Sequence record: MW233709
Source: Escherichia phage UPEC01
DNA length: 64,000 nucleotides
Reading direction: 5' to 3' (one strand)
Within the stretch, counting starts at the first letter, position 1. Every line of letters starts with the position of its first letter. Shown in pieces: positions 20,383 through 29,213 of the stretch. The notes under the pieces were generated by a model, which was given only the letters and a program-made list of their open reading frames with translations, was not told the origin of the DNA and made no database searches. The position numbers and the translations under genes were made by a program.

Positions 20383-20772
20383 ATGAATATAAACAAAATG
20401 TATAGCGATGTGTCTCCCGACTTATCTACAAGTTGGGATAAAGACGTTGCTAAAGTAACCGGTGCAAGGTCTGTTAAGAACAGTCTTCTGGGAATAATCA
20501 CCACAAGAAAAGGGTCAAGGCCTTTTATGCCTGAATTTGGATGTGATATAAGTAATCAGCTTTTTGAGAATATCACTCCATTAATCACAGATACCATTAA
20601 ACGCAACATCGTCTCCGCTGTGCGGAACTTTGAACCAAGGATAAGCAATCTACAGGTTGCAGTTGTCCCTATGTATGATGATAACTCCATTATCGTAACG
20701 GTTCAGTTCAGCATTGTTGATGACCCTGATACCCTCGAACAAATCAGGATTCAGCTAAGTCAAAACGGTTAA
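20383..20772 (+). CDS. 25: baseplate wedge subunit, lysozyme-like fold (gp25)
   Basis: 129 aa; NINKMYSD...LLGIITTRKGSRPF.PEFGCD...NFEPRI collinear with recalled T4 gp25. Confidence 0.9.
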   Translation: MNINKMYSDVSPDLSTSWDKDVAKVTGARSVKNSLLGIITTRKGSRPFMPEFGCDISNQLFENITPLITDTIKRNIVSAVRNFEPRISNLQVAVVPMYDDNSIIVTVQFSIVDDPDTLEQIRIQLSQNG

Positions 20773-20797
20773 TGCTTTAATTTTATGGCTGTATAAT
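20771..20797 (+). promoter_or_regulatory. middle-type promoter cassette upstream of uvsY
   Basis: aaTGCTTTA 20771-20779, 12-nt spacer, TATAAT 20792-20797, followed by GGTTCTAGACC. Confidence 0.6.
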
Positions 20798-20825
20798 GGT
20801 TCTAGACCCTTACATTGGATACATT

Positions 20826-21260
20826 ATGAAAACAGAGATTGAATATAAGTTGGAAGTCTTTCAGGACGAGTTAGATGCAGATTTAAAAATTGATGGTACA
20901 CAACTTCAATATGAAACACAAAACAACGTTTTGTTGCATAGCAAATGGTTGAGATTGTATACCAACTGCAAGAAAGAAATAATGCGTCTTGAGATTCAGA
21001 AGAAAACTGCACTGAAAAAACGACTAGACCATTATACGGGAAGGGGTGACCCAGGGGAAGAAGTATGCATGGATGTGTACGAGAAGTCAGAATTGAAAAC
21101 AGTCATGGCCGCAGATTCAAGCGTGTTGAAGATTGATACTTCAATTCAATATTGGGCACTGCTCCAGGACTTCTGTAGCGCTGCATTAGATGGTGTTAAG
21201 TCACGAAGTTTCGCACTTAAACATATGTTAGAAATAAGACAATTTGAGGCGGGCAAGTAA
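20826..21260 (+). CDS. uvsY: recombination mediator UvsY
   Basis: Internal ATG start; ...TQLQYETQNNVLLHSKWL...HMLEIRQFEAGK matches recalled T4 UvsY; middle-type promoter 20771-20797 upstream. Confidence 0.9.
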   Translation: MKTEIEYKLEVFQDELDADLKIDGTQLQYETQNNVLLHSKWLRLYTNCKKEIMRLEIQKKTALKKRLDHYTGRGDPGEEVCMDVYEKSELKTVMAADSSVLKIDTSIQYWALLQDFCSAALDGVKSRSFALKHMLEIRQFEAGK

Positions 21261-21493
21261 TGCGATATTCTATCGACGATGCGTTTAACCAAGACGAAGA
21301 GTTCGAAGAAGAAATTAAGTATATGATGAAGGAATGGAAATTGAATCGTGCAGATATTCGTATCTGCGCTGACCACCCTTGTGGTGAAGATGTTATCTAT
21401 GTTAAAGGTAAATTTGCGGGATACATCGATGATGCGTTCTATTCTCACAATATGGGAATAGATACTGGTATGAGATACTTTAAGGAAAATTAA
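21260..21493 (+). CDS. hypothetical protein (uvsY.-1 position)
   Basis: 77-aa ORF overlap-coupled to uvsY. Confidence 0.5.
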   Translation: MRYSIDDAFNQDEEFEEEIKYMMKEWKLNRADIRICADHPCGEDVIYVKGKFAGYIDDAFYSHNMGIDTGMRYFKEN

Positions 21494-21604
21494 ATGAAAA
21501 ATATTAGTAAGATTCTCGACGAGATGGTTATCTCTGCAAACCGAATAACCGAAATTGTTAATGAGATGAAAGCTCGTGCTGCTATTATGAAGAGCACTAA
21601 ATAG
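21494..21604 (+). CDS. hypothetical small protein
   Basis: 36-aa ORF with SD AAGGA (below track cutoff). Confidence 0.3.
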   Translation: MKNISKILDEMVISANRITEIVNEMKARAAIMKSTK

Positions 21605-21632
21605 ATATGTAAGTTTAACTGAGGAGACAATC

Positions 21633-21800
21633 ATGTCAGATAAGATTTGTGTTGTCTGTAAAACTCCAATCGATTCTGCATTGGTTGTGGATACAGACCA
21701 AGGTCCGGTGCATCCGGGCGCCTGTTATAATTATGTTCAGAGTTTGCCAGTTACGGAAAATACAGAAGAGCAACTGAACGAGACCCAACTTTTAATTTAG
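21633..21800 (+). CDS. hypothetical small Cys-containing protein
   Basis: 55-aa ORF with strong SD GAGGAG; CxxC...HPGAC spacing; terminator 21828-21856 downstream. Confidence 0.4.
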   Translation: MSDKICVVCKTPIDSALVVDTDQGPVHPGACYNYVQSLPVTENTEEQLNETQLLI

Positions 21801-21827
21801 CTAGTGTTGTTAACCATTTTTGGTTTT

Positions 21828-21856
21828 GCCCCTTCCTTTTGGTTGGGGCCTTTTTA
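21828..21856 (+). terminator. intrinsic terminator after uvsY region
   Basis: GCCCC...GGGGC stem followed by CTTTTTATTT. Confidence 0.5.
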
Positions 21857-21857
21857 T

Positions 21858-22085
21858 TTAGAAATCTTCGTCTTCGTCTTCGTCCATATCCTCAAGCTCG
21901 GCACGTTTACCGGCAAGAGCGTCACGAACACTGATATCATCGGAATCTTTCAGTTCAGCTTCTTTGCTGCGTTTCTTATAATAGCCTTCCAACTCCTTCA
22001 GACCGTCCATGGTCTGACAGGAACCAATCTTAGCCATAAAGCCTTCAATTGATGCTTCGTACATAATTTCTTCGAAGGATTTCAT
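21858..22085 (-). CDS. uvsW.1: UvsW.1-like small helical protein
   Basis: 75 aa with RDALAGKRAELED core and acidic C-terminus resembling recalled T4 UvsW.1; start overlaps HNH gene stop. Confidence 0.7.
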   Translation of the reverse strand: MKSFEEIMYEASIEGFMAKIGSCQTMDGLKELEGYYKKRSKEAELKDSDDISVRDALAGKRAELEDMDEDEDEDF

Positions 22086-22780
22086 TATATTTCCACCTGT
22101 TTAATTAAATTTCTGATTTTATATAAAGAAAGCCCCGTTGCTACAGAAGCTTGCTTCATCGAACCATATTCAATCCCGTTTAAAACCACTTTCTTAGCGG
22201 CAGGATTTTTGGATGGGTCTTTATAACGTTCTTTTGCTTTATCTGAAATTTTCTTTGATGCTTCTGGTGTATGTGATTTACCATACATCCAATTACCTTC
22301 ACCTTTATTTCTTTCGGATATAGCTTGACATTGTGCTTGAGAGTATTTATACGGATTCGCTTTCTTTGTCGCAGATATTTTATCGGCCCAAGTTATTTTG
22401 CGACCCTTTAATAATTGGCTCATATATTCTTTATGTTCTTCAGTATGGTGCTTACCATAAAAAGGATTGCCTTCACCAGTCTGAAGAACTGACATTTGTC
22501 TACGCTCCCATCCATACGATTTATTGAATTGTCGTTGATGTGTTCGAGAGCTCATACCCATAGCAATGACGGCCTTTATAAGACCGTAATGATTGGGATG
22601 AATTTTGGCCAATAATTTATGTGCAATAAAATGTTCTTCCGGAGTAAGGTTGACTCTGTTTTCTTGTGTATCAGGTCCACCCATACATTCTGGAATGATA
22701 TGGTGAGATTCCGTGTATCCAATCGGTTTGGAAGCCTTTCGGCTCCCAATTAAATCATCATATATTTTTTGATAATTCAA
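22085..22780 (-). CDS. HNH homing endonuclease (free-standing)
   Basis: 231 aa; HNH motif HHIIPECMGG...NRVNLTPEEHFIAH; two GEGN-x-YGK-H-T-E repeats (NUMOD-like); TTG start 4 nt after SD; flanked by 19-bp direct repeats. Confidence 0.85.
   Translation of the reverse strand: MNYQKIYDDLIGSRKASKPIGYTESHHIIPECMGGPDTQENRVNLTPEEHFIAHKLLAKIHPNHYGLIKAVIAMGMSSRTHQRQFNKSYGWERRQMSVLQTGEGNPFYGKHHTEEHKEYMSQLLKGRKITWADKISATKKANPYKYSQAQCQAISERNKGEGNWMYGKSHTPEASKKISDKAKERYKDPSKNPAAKKVVLNGIEYGSMKQASVATGLSLYKIRNLIKQVEI
22089..22107. repeat. 19-bp direct repeat ATTTCCACCTGTTTAATTA (copy 1)
   Basis: Identical to 22781-22799; on - strand encodes IKQVEI-stop plus SD for uvsW.1. Confidence 0.9.
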
Positions 22781-24276
22781 ATTTCCACCTGTTTAATTAC
22801 ATAGTTAAAACGTTCATCAGCATATCGTTGTATACGTTCAAGGCCATGTTTTAGGGCAAAGTTCAAATGAACATATTTCTTTTTAGCATTTGCCGATTTA
22901 GGTTTAACACCCATATCATCAACGATATCAAAAACGTTTGCTTGTGATTTGGATTCATGTTTTCTAAGCACACGACCAATTGTCTGGAGTACAATTACCT
23001 TTGACTTGACCGGGTGAGCGAAAATAATATGATGGAGGTTTTTAACGGAAATCCCCGTTGAGAATACACCATATGAAGCTACAACAATAATTCCCTTTCC
23101 ATTCTCTGCCATGACCTTCAGAGCATTACGAGTTTCGGTATCGACTTCCCCAGAAACATAATACACTTTTTCATGACCAGCTTCCTTAAGCATTTCAAAC
23201 ATCGATTTACCATGCTCGATATTCTTAAACATCAAAAAGACGTTTTCATCTTTTTTAGAAAGCTTGAGTGCAAGGTTTGTTACCCATTTATTTCGGCGTG
23301 CAGCTTTTGTAATTACCTTGATTTCATCCTGATAAGTTTTACCTTTCATTTTAACGGTGAATTCATCAGGGTAACGAAGGAAAATACTATTTATTTTAAG
23401 GTCAGTAACCTGACCATCTTCCATTAATTTAGATGTTGATACTGGTTTAAAGATATCACCAAACAGACCCATATATTGCATAAGGTTGGCTTTGCCATCA
23501 CGGAGTGAACCTGACAGACCAAATTTAAACATGCAATTCGTAAGGCCTTCGATAACCGTCGAAATCGATTTACCTGTAGCCATATGACATTCGTCATTCA
23601 TAAACTGACCGAACTGTTCAAACCATTCTTTAGGTTGTTTTACAGCCGTCTGATAAGTCGATACATAAATCATCGCATCAGAATCGCGTTTAGTCCCGGA
23701 ACGAATACCCAGACAAGCTGCACGAGGGAAAAGCCGATAATCAACAAAGTCATTAATCATCTGGTCAACAAGGGCCGTTGTAGGAACAAGGATAAGTACC
23801 TTGCCTTCATAGTTCTCGAGATAATATCGCGCCAGAAGCGCCTGGATGAGGCTTTTACCTGCAGACGTAGGTAAGTTCAGAATCTTTCTTCTGTTGACCA
23901 GACCATCATATACGGCGTCAGATTGATACCAATGGGGCGTTATCTTGGTATTGCCTGAATAGATTTCTTTTGACTCGACCCATTTGTCGAATTCTTCGCG
24001 AGAGATTTCTTCTTTCTCGGTGATTTGCGGGTCAATCCAGAATGAATAACCAAACTGGTCAGCGAACTTTTTAATTTGATTAACCAAACCGTATGGTAAT
24101 TTACGATTGTAATCCAGGAGGCGGATTCGTCCGTCCCAAACTCCCTGCTTGAACTTTGGATTGAAGCGATAGTTTTCAGCTTCGAAGCTGAAGTAATCAC
24201 GGAGTTCGTAGAAGATTCCATCTTCACATTCAACATGCACGTGACTAAAATTTAGAAAGTTGATTTTAATATCCAT
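22777..24276 (-). CDS. uvsW: UvsW SF2 DNA/RNA helicase
   Basis: 499 aa from MDIKINF...; Walker A LPTSAGKS and DECH box; collinear with recalled T4 UvsW; track ORF start at 24315 judged an extension. Confidence 0.9.
   Translation of the reverse strand: MDIKINFLNFSHVHVECEDGIFYELRDYFSFEAENYRFNPKFKQGVWDGRIRLLDYNRKLPYGLVNQIKKFADQFGYSFWIDPQITEKEEISREEFDKWVESKEIYSGNTKITPHWYQSDAVYDGLVNRRKILNLPTSAGKSLIQALLARYYLENYEGKVLILVPTTALVDQMINDFVDYRLFPRAACLGIRSGTKRDSDAMIYVSTYQTAVKQPKEWFEQFGQFMNDECHMATGKSISTVIEGLTNCMFKFGLSGSLRDGKANLMQYMGLFGDIFKPVSTSKLMEDGQVTDLKINSIFLRYPDEFTVKMKGKTYQDEIKVITKAARRNKWVTNLALKLSKKDENVFLMFKNIEHGKSMFEMLKEAGHEKVYYVSGEVDTETRNALKVMAENGKGIIVVASYGVFSTGISVKNLHHIIFAHPVKSKVIVLQTIGRVLRKHESKSQANVFDIVDDMGVKPKSANAKKKYVHLNFALKHGLERIQRYADERFNYVIKQVEI
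22781..22799. repeat. 19-bp direct repeat ATTTCCACCTGTTTAATTA (copy 2)
   Basis: Identical to 22089-22107; on - strand encodes the UvsW C-terminus IKQVEI-stop plus SD for the HNH gene. Confidence 0.9.
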
Positions 24277-24304
24277 GATGATTCCAAGGTAATAAATATA
24301 TCTA

Positions 24305-24312
24305 TATTTATA
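24305..24312 (-). promoter_or_regulatory. late promoter upstream of uvsW
   Basis: TATAAATA on - strand about 29 nt upstream of uvsW ATG. Confidence 0.55.
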
Positions 24313-24330
24313 CACTAACCGAGGTTCATC

Positions 24331-24996
24331 ATGATTGACAAGAACTACATTGAGGAAATTCGTGTCCTCGAGAAAAAAGAAGCCAAAGAAAAATTAGCCG
24401 AATACGCAGCATCACTTGGTGTTGATGTTAAGAAAACAAAAACCTTTGATAATATGTTGGCCGACCTGGAAGCAGGACTTAAAGCATTTGCTGACATGCC
24501 TATGCCTGATGATAATGAAGGCCTGAGCATCACTGACCTTATCGACGCCGATGATGAATTGTCAGGTGCTAAATTTGATGGCGACGAGTCAGCTAAAGAA
24601 GAAGCTAAACTCTTATTTGATGCTCCAACCGAAGCAAAGGTTGAAGTTGTTGAAATCGAAGAACCAGTTGTTGTGGTTGAAGAAGATGTTCCTTTTGTCG
24701 AAGAAAAGTTCGAAGCGGCTGTTGCTAAGGTTATCGAATCTGAAAAACCTGTATTTGCTCTGCCAAAAAACTTTAGCCCGAATTTAATGCTTATTGGTAA
24801 GAACCCTGGATTCTGTACTGTTCCATGGTGGATTTATCAGTGGATTGCCGAGACTCCAGATTGGAAAGAACGTCCAACTGCTTTCCCACATCCCACCGCG
24901 CACCAAACTCTATTCAGTTTGATTTATTACATCAATCGTAATGGGTCTGTTCTAGTACGAGAAACTCGTAACTCATCTTTTGTCACTTTAAAATAA
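24331..24996 (+). CDS. inh: Inh-like prohead protease inhibitor
   Basis: 221 aa, acidic low-complexity middle; located between uvsW and hoc as T4 inh; assignment by synteny, moderate. Confidence 0.55.
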   Translation: MIDKNYIEEIRVLEKKEAKEKLAEYAASLGVDVKKTKTFDNMLADLEAGLKAFADMPMPDDNEGLSITDLIDADDELSGAKFDGDESAKEEAKLLFDAPTEAKVEVVEIEEPVVVVEEDVPFVEEKFEAAVAKVIESEKPVFALPKNFSPNLMLIGKNPGFCTVPWWIYQWIAETPDWKERPTAFPHPTAHQTLFSLIYYINRNGSVLVRETRNSSFVTLK

Positions 24997-25005
24997 GGGT
25001 TTATT

Positions 25006-26139
25006 ATGGCTTATACCGTAACTATTGCTCCTTTGGCGGCTACGGCCGTTATTGGAGCAACAACCAATTTCACTGCGACCGGTTCCGGTGCTGCAGCTGA
25101 AGGTACCGAATCATTTGTCTGGACCGTTGATGGCGTTCCTCAATCTTCTGTGACTGCTGCAATGGATTATGTTGCTGTTGGTCCAGCAGGCAGTAAGACT
25201 ATTAAAGTTGTTGCAACAACTACACCAGCGGACGGCGAACCAGAAACAGCTGAAGCCGAAACAACTTTAACTATCCAGAATAAAACAATGCCTGCTATTA
25301 CATTGACTTTAGACCCGGCCTCTGTTACTAAAGAAGTGGGGCAATCTCAAGTTGTTACTGCTAACGTGACAGGCGCTCCTTCTGGTGCAACAATCGCTTA
25401 TGTTTGGAAACGAAATGCCGACGTAATCGCAGGTCAAACTGGTAAAACTATTACCGTCACCGAATCAGCAGAAGCAAATTATACATTGAACTGTGAAGTT
25501 ACTGTTTCTGCACCCGATTATAATAATGGCACCGCATCTAAAGGAGCTGCGGTAACTTTTGTTAAGAAAACTATGTCGGGTGTTTCTGTTACTTTAGCAC
25601 CAACCTCTATTAATGTTCCTGAAGGAACTCCGGCTTCATTTAAAGCAGATGTAGTTGGCGCACCGAGTGGAGCTACTTTTGCCTATTCTTGGAAGAAAGA
25701 CGGTTCTCCTGTAGTTGGCACCACGGATACTTTAGCAATCGATACAAGCGCCGAAGGTTCCCAGTTAATTGAAGTTTCTGTTGTTGTATCTGCTACAGAT
25801 TATAATCCTGTTACAGTTACCAAAACCGGTAATGTAACAGTCACGGCTAAAGTCGCACCAGTTCCAGAGGGTGAACTACCTTACGTTCATCCGCTGCCAG
25901 TTCGTAATTCAGCTTATATCTGGTGTGGTTGGTGGGTTATGGATGAAATTCAGAAAATGACTCTTGCTGGACAAGACTGGAAAACCGATGACCCAGATAG
26001 CCCGTATTATTTGCACCGATATACACTTCAAAAAATGATTACCGACTATCCAGAGGTTGATGTACAGGAATCTCGTAATGGTCGAATTATTCATCGCACC
26101 GCTTTAGAAACTGGTATTATATACGATTACGTTTATTAA
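25006..26139 (+). CDS. hoc: Hoc outer capsid decoration protein
   Basis: 377 aa; tandem T/V-rich Ig-like repeats; C-terminal PYVHPLP...YIWCGWWVMDEIQKMT...DDPDS.YYLHRYTLQKM matches recalled T4 Hoc. Confidence 0.9.
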   Translation: MAYTVTIAPLAATAVIGATTNFTATGSGAAAEGTESFVWTVDGVPQSSVTAAMDYVAVGPAGSKTIKVVATTTPADGEPETAEAETTLTIQNKTMPAITLTLDPASVTKEVGQSQVVTANVTGAPSGATIAYVWKRNADVIAGQTGKTITVTESAEANYTLNCEVTVSAPDYNNGTASKGAAVTFVKKTMSGVSVTLAPTSINVPEGTPASFKADVVGAPSGATFAYSWKKDGSPVVGTTDTLAIDTSAEGSQLIEVSVVVSATDYNPVTVTKTGNVTVTAKVAPVPEGELPYVHPLPVRNSAYIWCGWWVMDEIQKMTLAGQDWKTDDPDSPYYLHRYTLQKMITDYPEVDVQESRNGRIIHRTALETGIIYDYVY

Positions 26140-26141
26140 TT

Positions 26142-26170
26142 AAAAAGGGACCTTCGGGTCCCTTTATTTT
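26142..26170 (+). terminator. intrinsic terminator after hoc
   Basis: AAAAA-GGGACC-TTCG-GGTCCC-TTTATTTTT. Confidence 0.7.
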
Positions 26171-26260
26171 TATGGTACTGAGCAAACGTTGTCTGGACCC
26201 TTTCTCCAGTGAGTCTTTGTGGTCATACCATAACAATTGTTCATCTGACATAAAACTCCT

Positions 26261-26290
26261 GTTTACAAGTTAAAAATTCCATGTTAAGAT
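26261..26290 (+). promoter_or_regulatory. early promoter-like element
   Basis: GTTTAC 26261-26266 with weak -10 (TAAGAT) at 17-18 nt. Confidence 0.4.
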
Positions 26291-26319
26291 AGCTTCACTA
26301 ACTCAACATGAGAATCATT

Positions 26320-26511
26320 ATGGATAAGGTTAAAGTACATTTTCTGCATGAATCTGGCATGACATTTATTGAAATCGCCAAGGTATTAGGCGGGACTGCT
26401 AAAGAGATGGCAAAAGCCTGGGTTGATGTAGAACAAGCCAAAGCTAAATTTAAAGCGAAAGAAAAGATTGTTTATCGTAAACGTTTGAATAACAAAAAGG
26501 TGAAGAAATGA
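26320..26511 (+). CDS. hypothetical protein (24.3 position)
   Basis: 63 aa from ATG 26320; early promoter-like element 26261-26290. Confidence 0.4.
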   Translation: MDKVKVHFLHESGMTFIEIAKVLGGTAKEMAKAWVDVEQAKAKFKAKEKIVYRKRLNNKKVKK

Positions 26512-26771
26512 CATTCGCAGAAGAACTACGCCAAATGGCAAAAGAGTCACAAGATAAAGTTGCAAATGACTTTATTGCTATATTCCGCAAAGTGGCTATT
26601 GCCGCCGCTGAAAATGGCAAAGATTTTGTTAATATGGCAGTTTCTGAAAAAGAATATGAAGAAGGCAATCGTGGAAAAATATCTGATTTTCTGCGGGCAG
26701 AAAAATTTACATCATTTACCTGGAATTTTGATTGGCAAGAAAACAAGCCAACATTGTATGTAAAATTCTGA
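26508..26771 (+). CDS. hypothetical protein (24.2 position)
   Basis: 87-aa ORF, ATGA overlap with upstream ORF. Confidence 0.45.
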   Translation: MTFAEELRQMAKESQDKVANDFIAIFRKVAIAAAENGKDFVNMAVSEKEYEEGNRGKISDFLRAEKFTSFTWNFDWQENKPTLYVKF

Positions 26772-26775
26772 CCTT

Positions 26776-26803
26776 TTTGCTTCAAATAAAATTGTGGTAT
26801 AAT
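26776..26803 (+). promoter_or_regulatory. middle-type promoter cassette upstream of rnlB
   Basis: ttTGCTTCA 26776-26784, 13-nt spacer, TATAAT 26798-26803, followed by GGTTCTAGACC. Confidence 0.6.
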
Positions 26804-26901
26804 GGTTCTAGACCTTCCGATACGATTAATTTCTTTTCAGAGAAAGAAAGTATAGAGAGTCTAATTTATAATGATATTTATAACATCAAAAGTGAGAGAT
26901 T

Positions 26902-27909
26902 ATGTTTAAGAAATACAACAGCCTTGAAAATCACTATAACAACAAGTTCATTGAAAAGATTCGCCTGCAAGGCTTCACCAACGGTGAATGGGTAGCTCGT
27001 GAAAAGATTCATGGTACCAACTTTTCATTAATCATTGAACAAGACAATGTGACATGTGCGAAACGCACTGGACCTATCCTACCTGCAGAAGATTTTTATG
27101 GTTATGAAATTGTATTAAAGAACTATGCAGATTCTATTAAATCTGTACAGAAACTTTTGCAGGATATTAATTACCAGGCATATCAGATTTATGGCGAGTT
27201 TGCTGGTACAGGTATTCAGAAGAATGTGAATTACGGCGATAAAGATTTCTATGTGTTTGATATCCGCGTTACTAAAGAAGATGGTTTTGAATCCGTCCTG
27301 ACTGACACACTTATGGAAGCCTTTTGTATTATTCATAAGTTTAAAGTTGCTCCGCGCCTGGCTACTGGTAGCTTTGAAGACCTTATTAAGCTACCTAATG
27401 ACCTGGATTCTGTGGTCCCTGATTACAATTTTACAGTGGATAATGCAGGATTGACTACAGCAAATACCACTGATTTTGATGCAAAGGTGGAAGGTAAAGT
27501 ATTCACTGCTGAAGGATTTGTATTAAAACCTGATGTTCCTGCCTGGTTACCTAACGGCGAGCGTGTGGCGATTAAATGCAAGAACTCTAAATTCAGCGAA
27601 AAGAAAAAGTCTGATAAGCCTATTAAGGCCGCTGTTGTGTTGTCCCAGGAAGACCTGGATATTTTATGGCAGTTCACTGATTACGTGACTGTTAACCGTA
27701 TTAATAATGTTATCAGTAAAATTGGGGAAGTATCGCCGAAGGATTTTGGGAAGGTAATGGGTTTGACTGTCCAGGATATCCTGGAAGAAGCTGGTCGTGA
27801 AGGCCTTGAATTGACCCAGTCAGAAAATCCTGTTGAAGTTAAAAAGCAACTTATCACAAATGTAAGAGAAACATTAAGACATGTTTGGATTGCATTAATT
27901 AGTGAATAA
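26902..27909 (+). CDS. rnlB: RNA ligase 2
   Basis: 335 aa; MFKKY.SLENHYN.KFIEK...[16 protein letters not shown] with KxHGxN adenylation motif; collinear with recalled T4 Rnl2. Confidence 0.9.
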   Translation: MFKKYNSLENHYNNKFIEKIRLQGFTNGEWVAREKIHGTNFSLIIEQDNVTCAKRTGPILPAEDFYGYEIVLKNYADSIKSVQKLLQDINYQAYQIYGEFAGTGIQKNVNYGDKDFYVFDIRVTKEDGFESVLTDTLMEAFCIIHKFKVAPRLATGSFEDLIKLPNDLDSVVPDYNFTVDNAGLTTANTTDFDAKVEGKVFTAEGFVLKPDVPAWLPNGERVAIKCKNSKFSEKKKSDKPIKAAVVLSQEDLDILWQFTDYVTVNRINNVISKIGEVSPKDFGKVMGLTVQDILEEAGREGLELTQSENPVEVKKQLITNVRETLRHVWIALISE

Positions 27910-27940
27910 AAAAAAGGGCCGCAAGGCCCTTATTCTTTTT
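27908..27940. terminator. bidirectional intrinsic terminator (rnlB + / gene 24 paralog -)
   Basis: AAAAAAAA-GGGCC-GCAA-GGCCC-TTATTCTTTTT. Confidence 0.7.
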
Positions 27941-29213
27941 CCAGTGGCGGAAGTTTAACGCCAAGATAAGAACTCAATTGGCTTTGGTTAGCCATCTTAT
28001 CCATATCAGCCCCATCAATAAGGCGGGCTTCTTTATCGTCTTTAGCAACGGTATAGGGGTTCGCTGTCAATGCATAACGAGCTAACAGTGCAACCGTAGG
28101 CTGTAAGCTTTCAGGGTCAACAATAACCTTGAATTCTCCGACCGATGTATCCCCCTCATCATCAACTTCGCTAAGTCCTTCCGTATAAGGCGCATAATAC
28201 AAAGATGCGACCGTCTGACCTTCACCCATATCAGCATTTACACCGACAATAACATAATCACATGGACTATTCATATCTGCGTAAAGAGGCAAACCGTTCT
28301 TCAGAACACCATAGGCTAATTCATCCTGGTCTTCCTTTTTCTCAACCCAGCCAGAAGCGGCTAAAATAGCTGCACAACGGGAAGAAGCAACCGCATATGT
28401 ACCAGCAAACGAAGTCTGACGTTGAACTGCAGAATTCATTTCACACATATAATAATACAGGGTTCGTGCGCGGTCCTGTGCGTTATCATATTTCGGGTCA
28501 GTGAGATTCAACACACCTTTTTCAGAAACACCTTGTACCTTGAAGCGAGAACTAACAGTAATAAGGGATTGCAATACATCCTTATTAATTTCCTCTGCCA
28601 TTTGAATGCCGAGAATATTATCGATGAAGTCTGTTGCATCGAAACCGTTTGCTTCCAGGTCCTGAGCAAGCTCGACAGTTAAAGAAGTTTTCAACTTTCT
28701 GGATTTAACTTCAGTCTGCCATTTATCGATACGGAAACCAGCTTCAGCAATTTCAGGATGCCCCTTTTCAAATTTATCAGTGAAAGCAGCATCTGACATC
28801 ATTCTTATATGTCCAGCAGCAATGGCTTCAGAAATAACTTCACCTAAATCAGTTTCGAGTGTCCCGGCAAAGGGGGAAGCTTCCAGAACTTTGAATACAA
28901 CGCTTTCAAACTGAAACATATCGCCGACTGCATAAGCTTCATCTTTGTTCGTAAATTCTGGAATATTCTTACGCTCGAACATACCAATCTGACCTGCAAA
29001 TGTTGCTCCACCGAGATATGTCATTTTATCATCTGGGTTCAGAACACGAACACCATACAACGCTGCAACAGGCTGTGTAGTTTTCTGTTCGGCAACGAGT
29101 GCTTTAAAAATTCGTTTATTCGTGGCCTGGGTATAAGAAAGCAAATTAGGACGGGCGACCTGGTTGGCCGCCGTTAATGTTGATTCGTGAATTAGTGCGT
29201 TAATCTTTTGCAT
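27930..29213 (-). CDS. head vertex protein gp24 paralog (diverged second copy)
   Basis: 427 aa; shares gp24 family blocks (VKSRKLKT.LTVELAQDLEANGF, EINKDVLQSLITVS, FKVIVDPESLQP, ANPYTVAKDDKEAR) with the upstream copy but is clearly diverged. Confidence 0.8.
   Translation of the reverse strand: MQKINALIHESTLTAANQVARPNLLSYTQATNKRIFKALVAEQKTTQPVAALYGVRVLNPDDKMTYLGGATFAGQIGMFERKNIPEFTNKDEAYAVGDMFQFESVVFKVLEASPFAGTLETDLGEVISEAIAAGHIRMMSDAAFTDKFEKGHPEIAEAGFRIDKWQTEVKSRKLKTSLTVELAQDLEANGFDATDFIDNILGIQMAEEINKDVLQSLITVSSRFKVQGVSEKGVLNLTDPKYDNAQDRARTLYYYMCEMNSAVQRQTSFAGTYAVASSRCAAILAASGWVEKKEDQDELAYGVLKNGLPLYADMNSPCDYVIVGVNADMGEGQTVASLYYAPYTEGLSEVDDEGDTSVGEFKVIVDPESLQPTVALLARYALTANPYTVAKDDKEARLIDGADMDKMANQSQLSSYLGVKLPPLEKE

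Larger units (their letters stand above)
22085..22800 (-). mobile_element. homing-endonuclease gene insertion at the uvsW/uvsW.1 junction
   Basis: HNH ORF bounded by perfect 19-bp direct repeats that duplicate the uvsW 3' end and the uvsW.1 ribosome-binding site. Confidence 0.75.
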
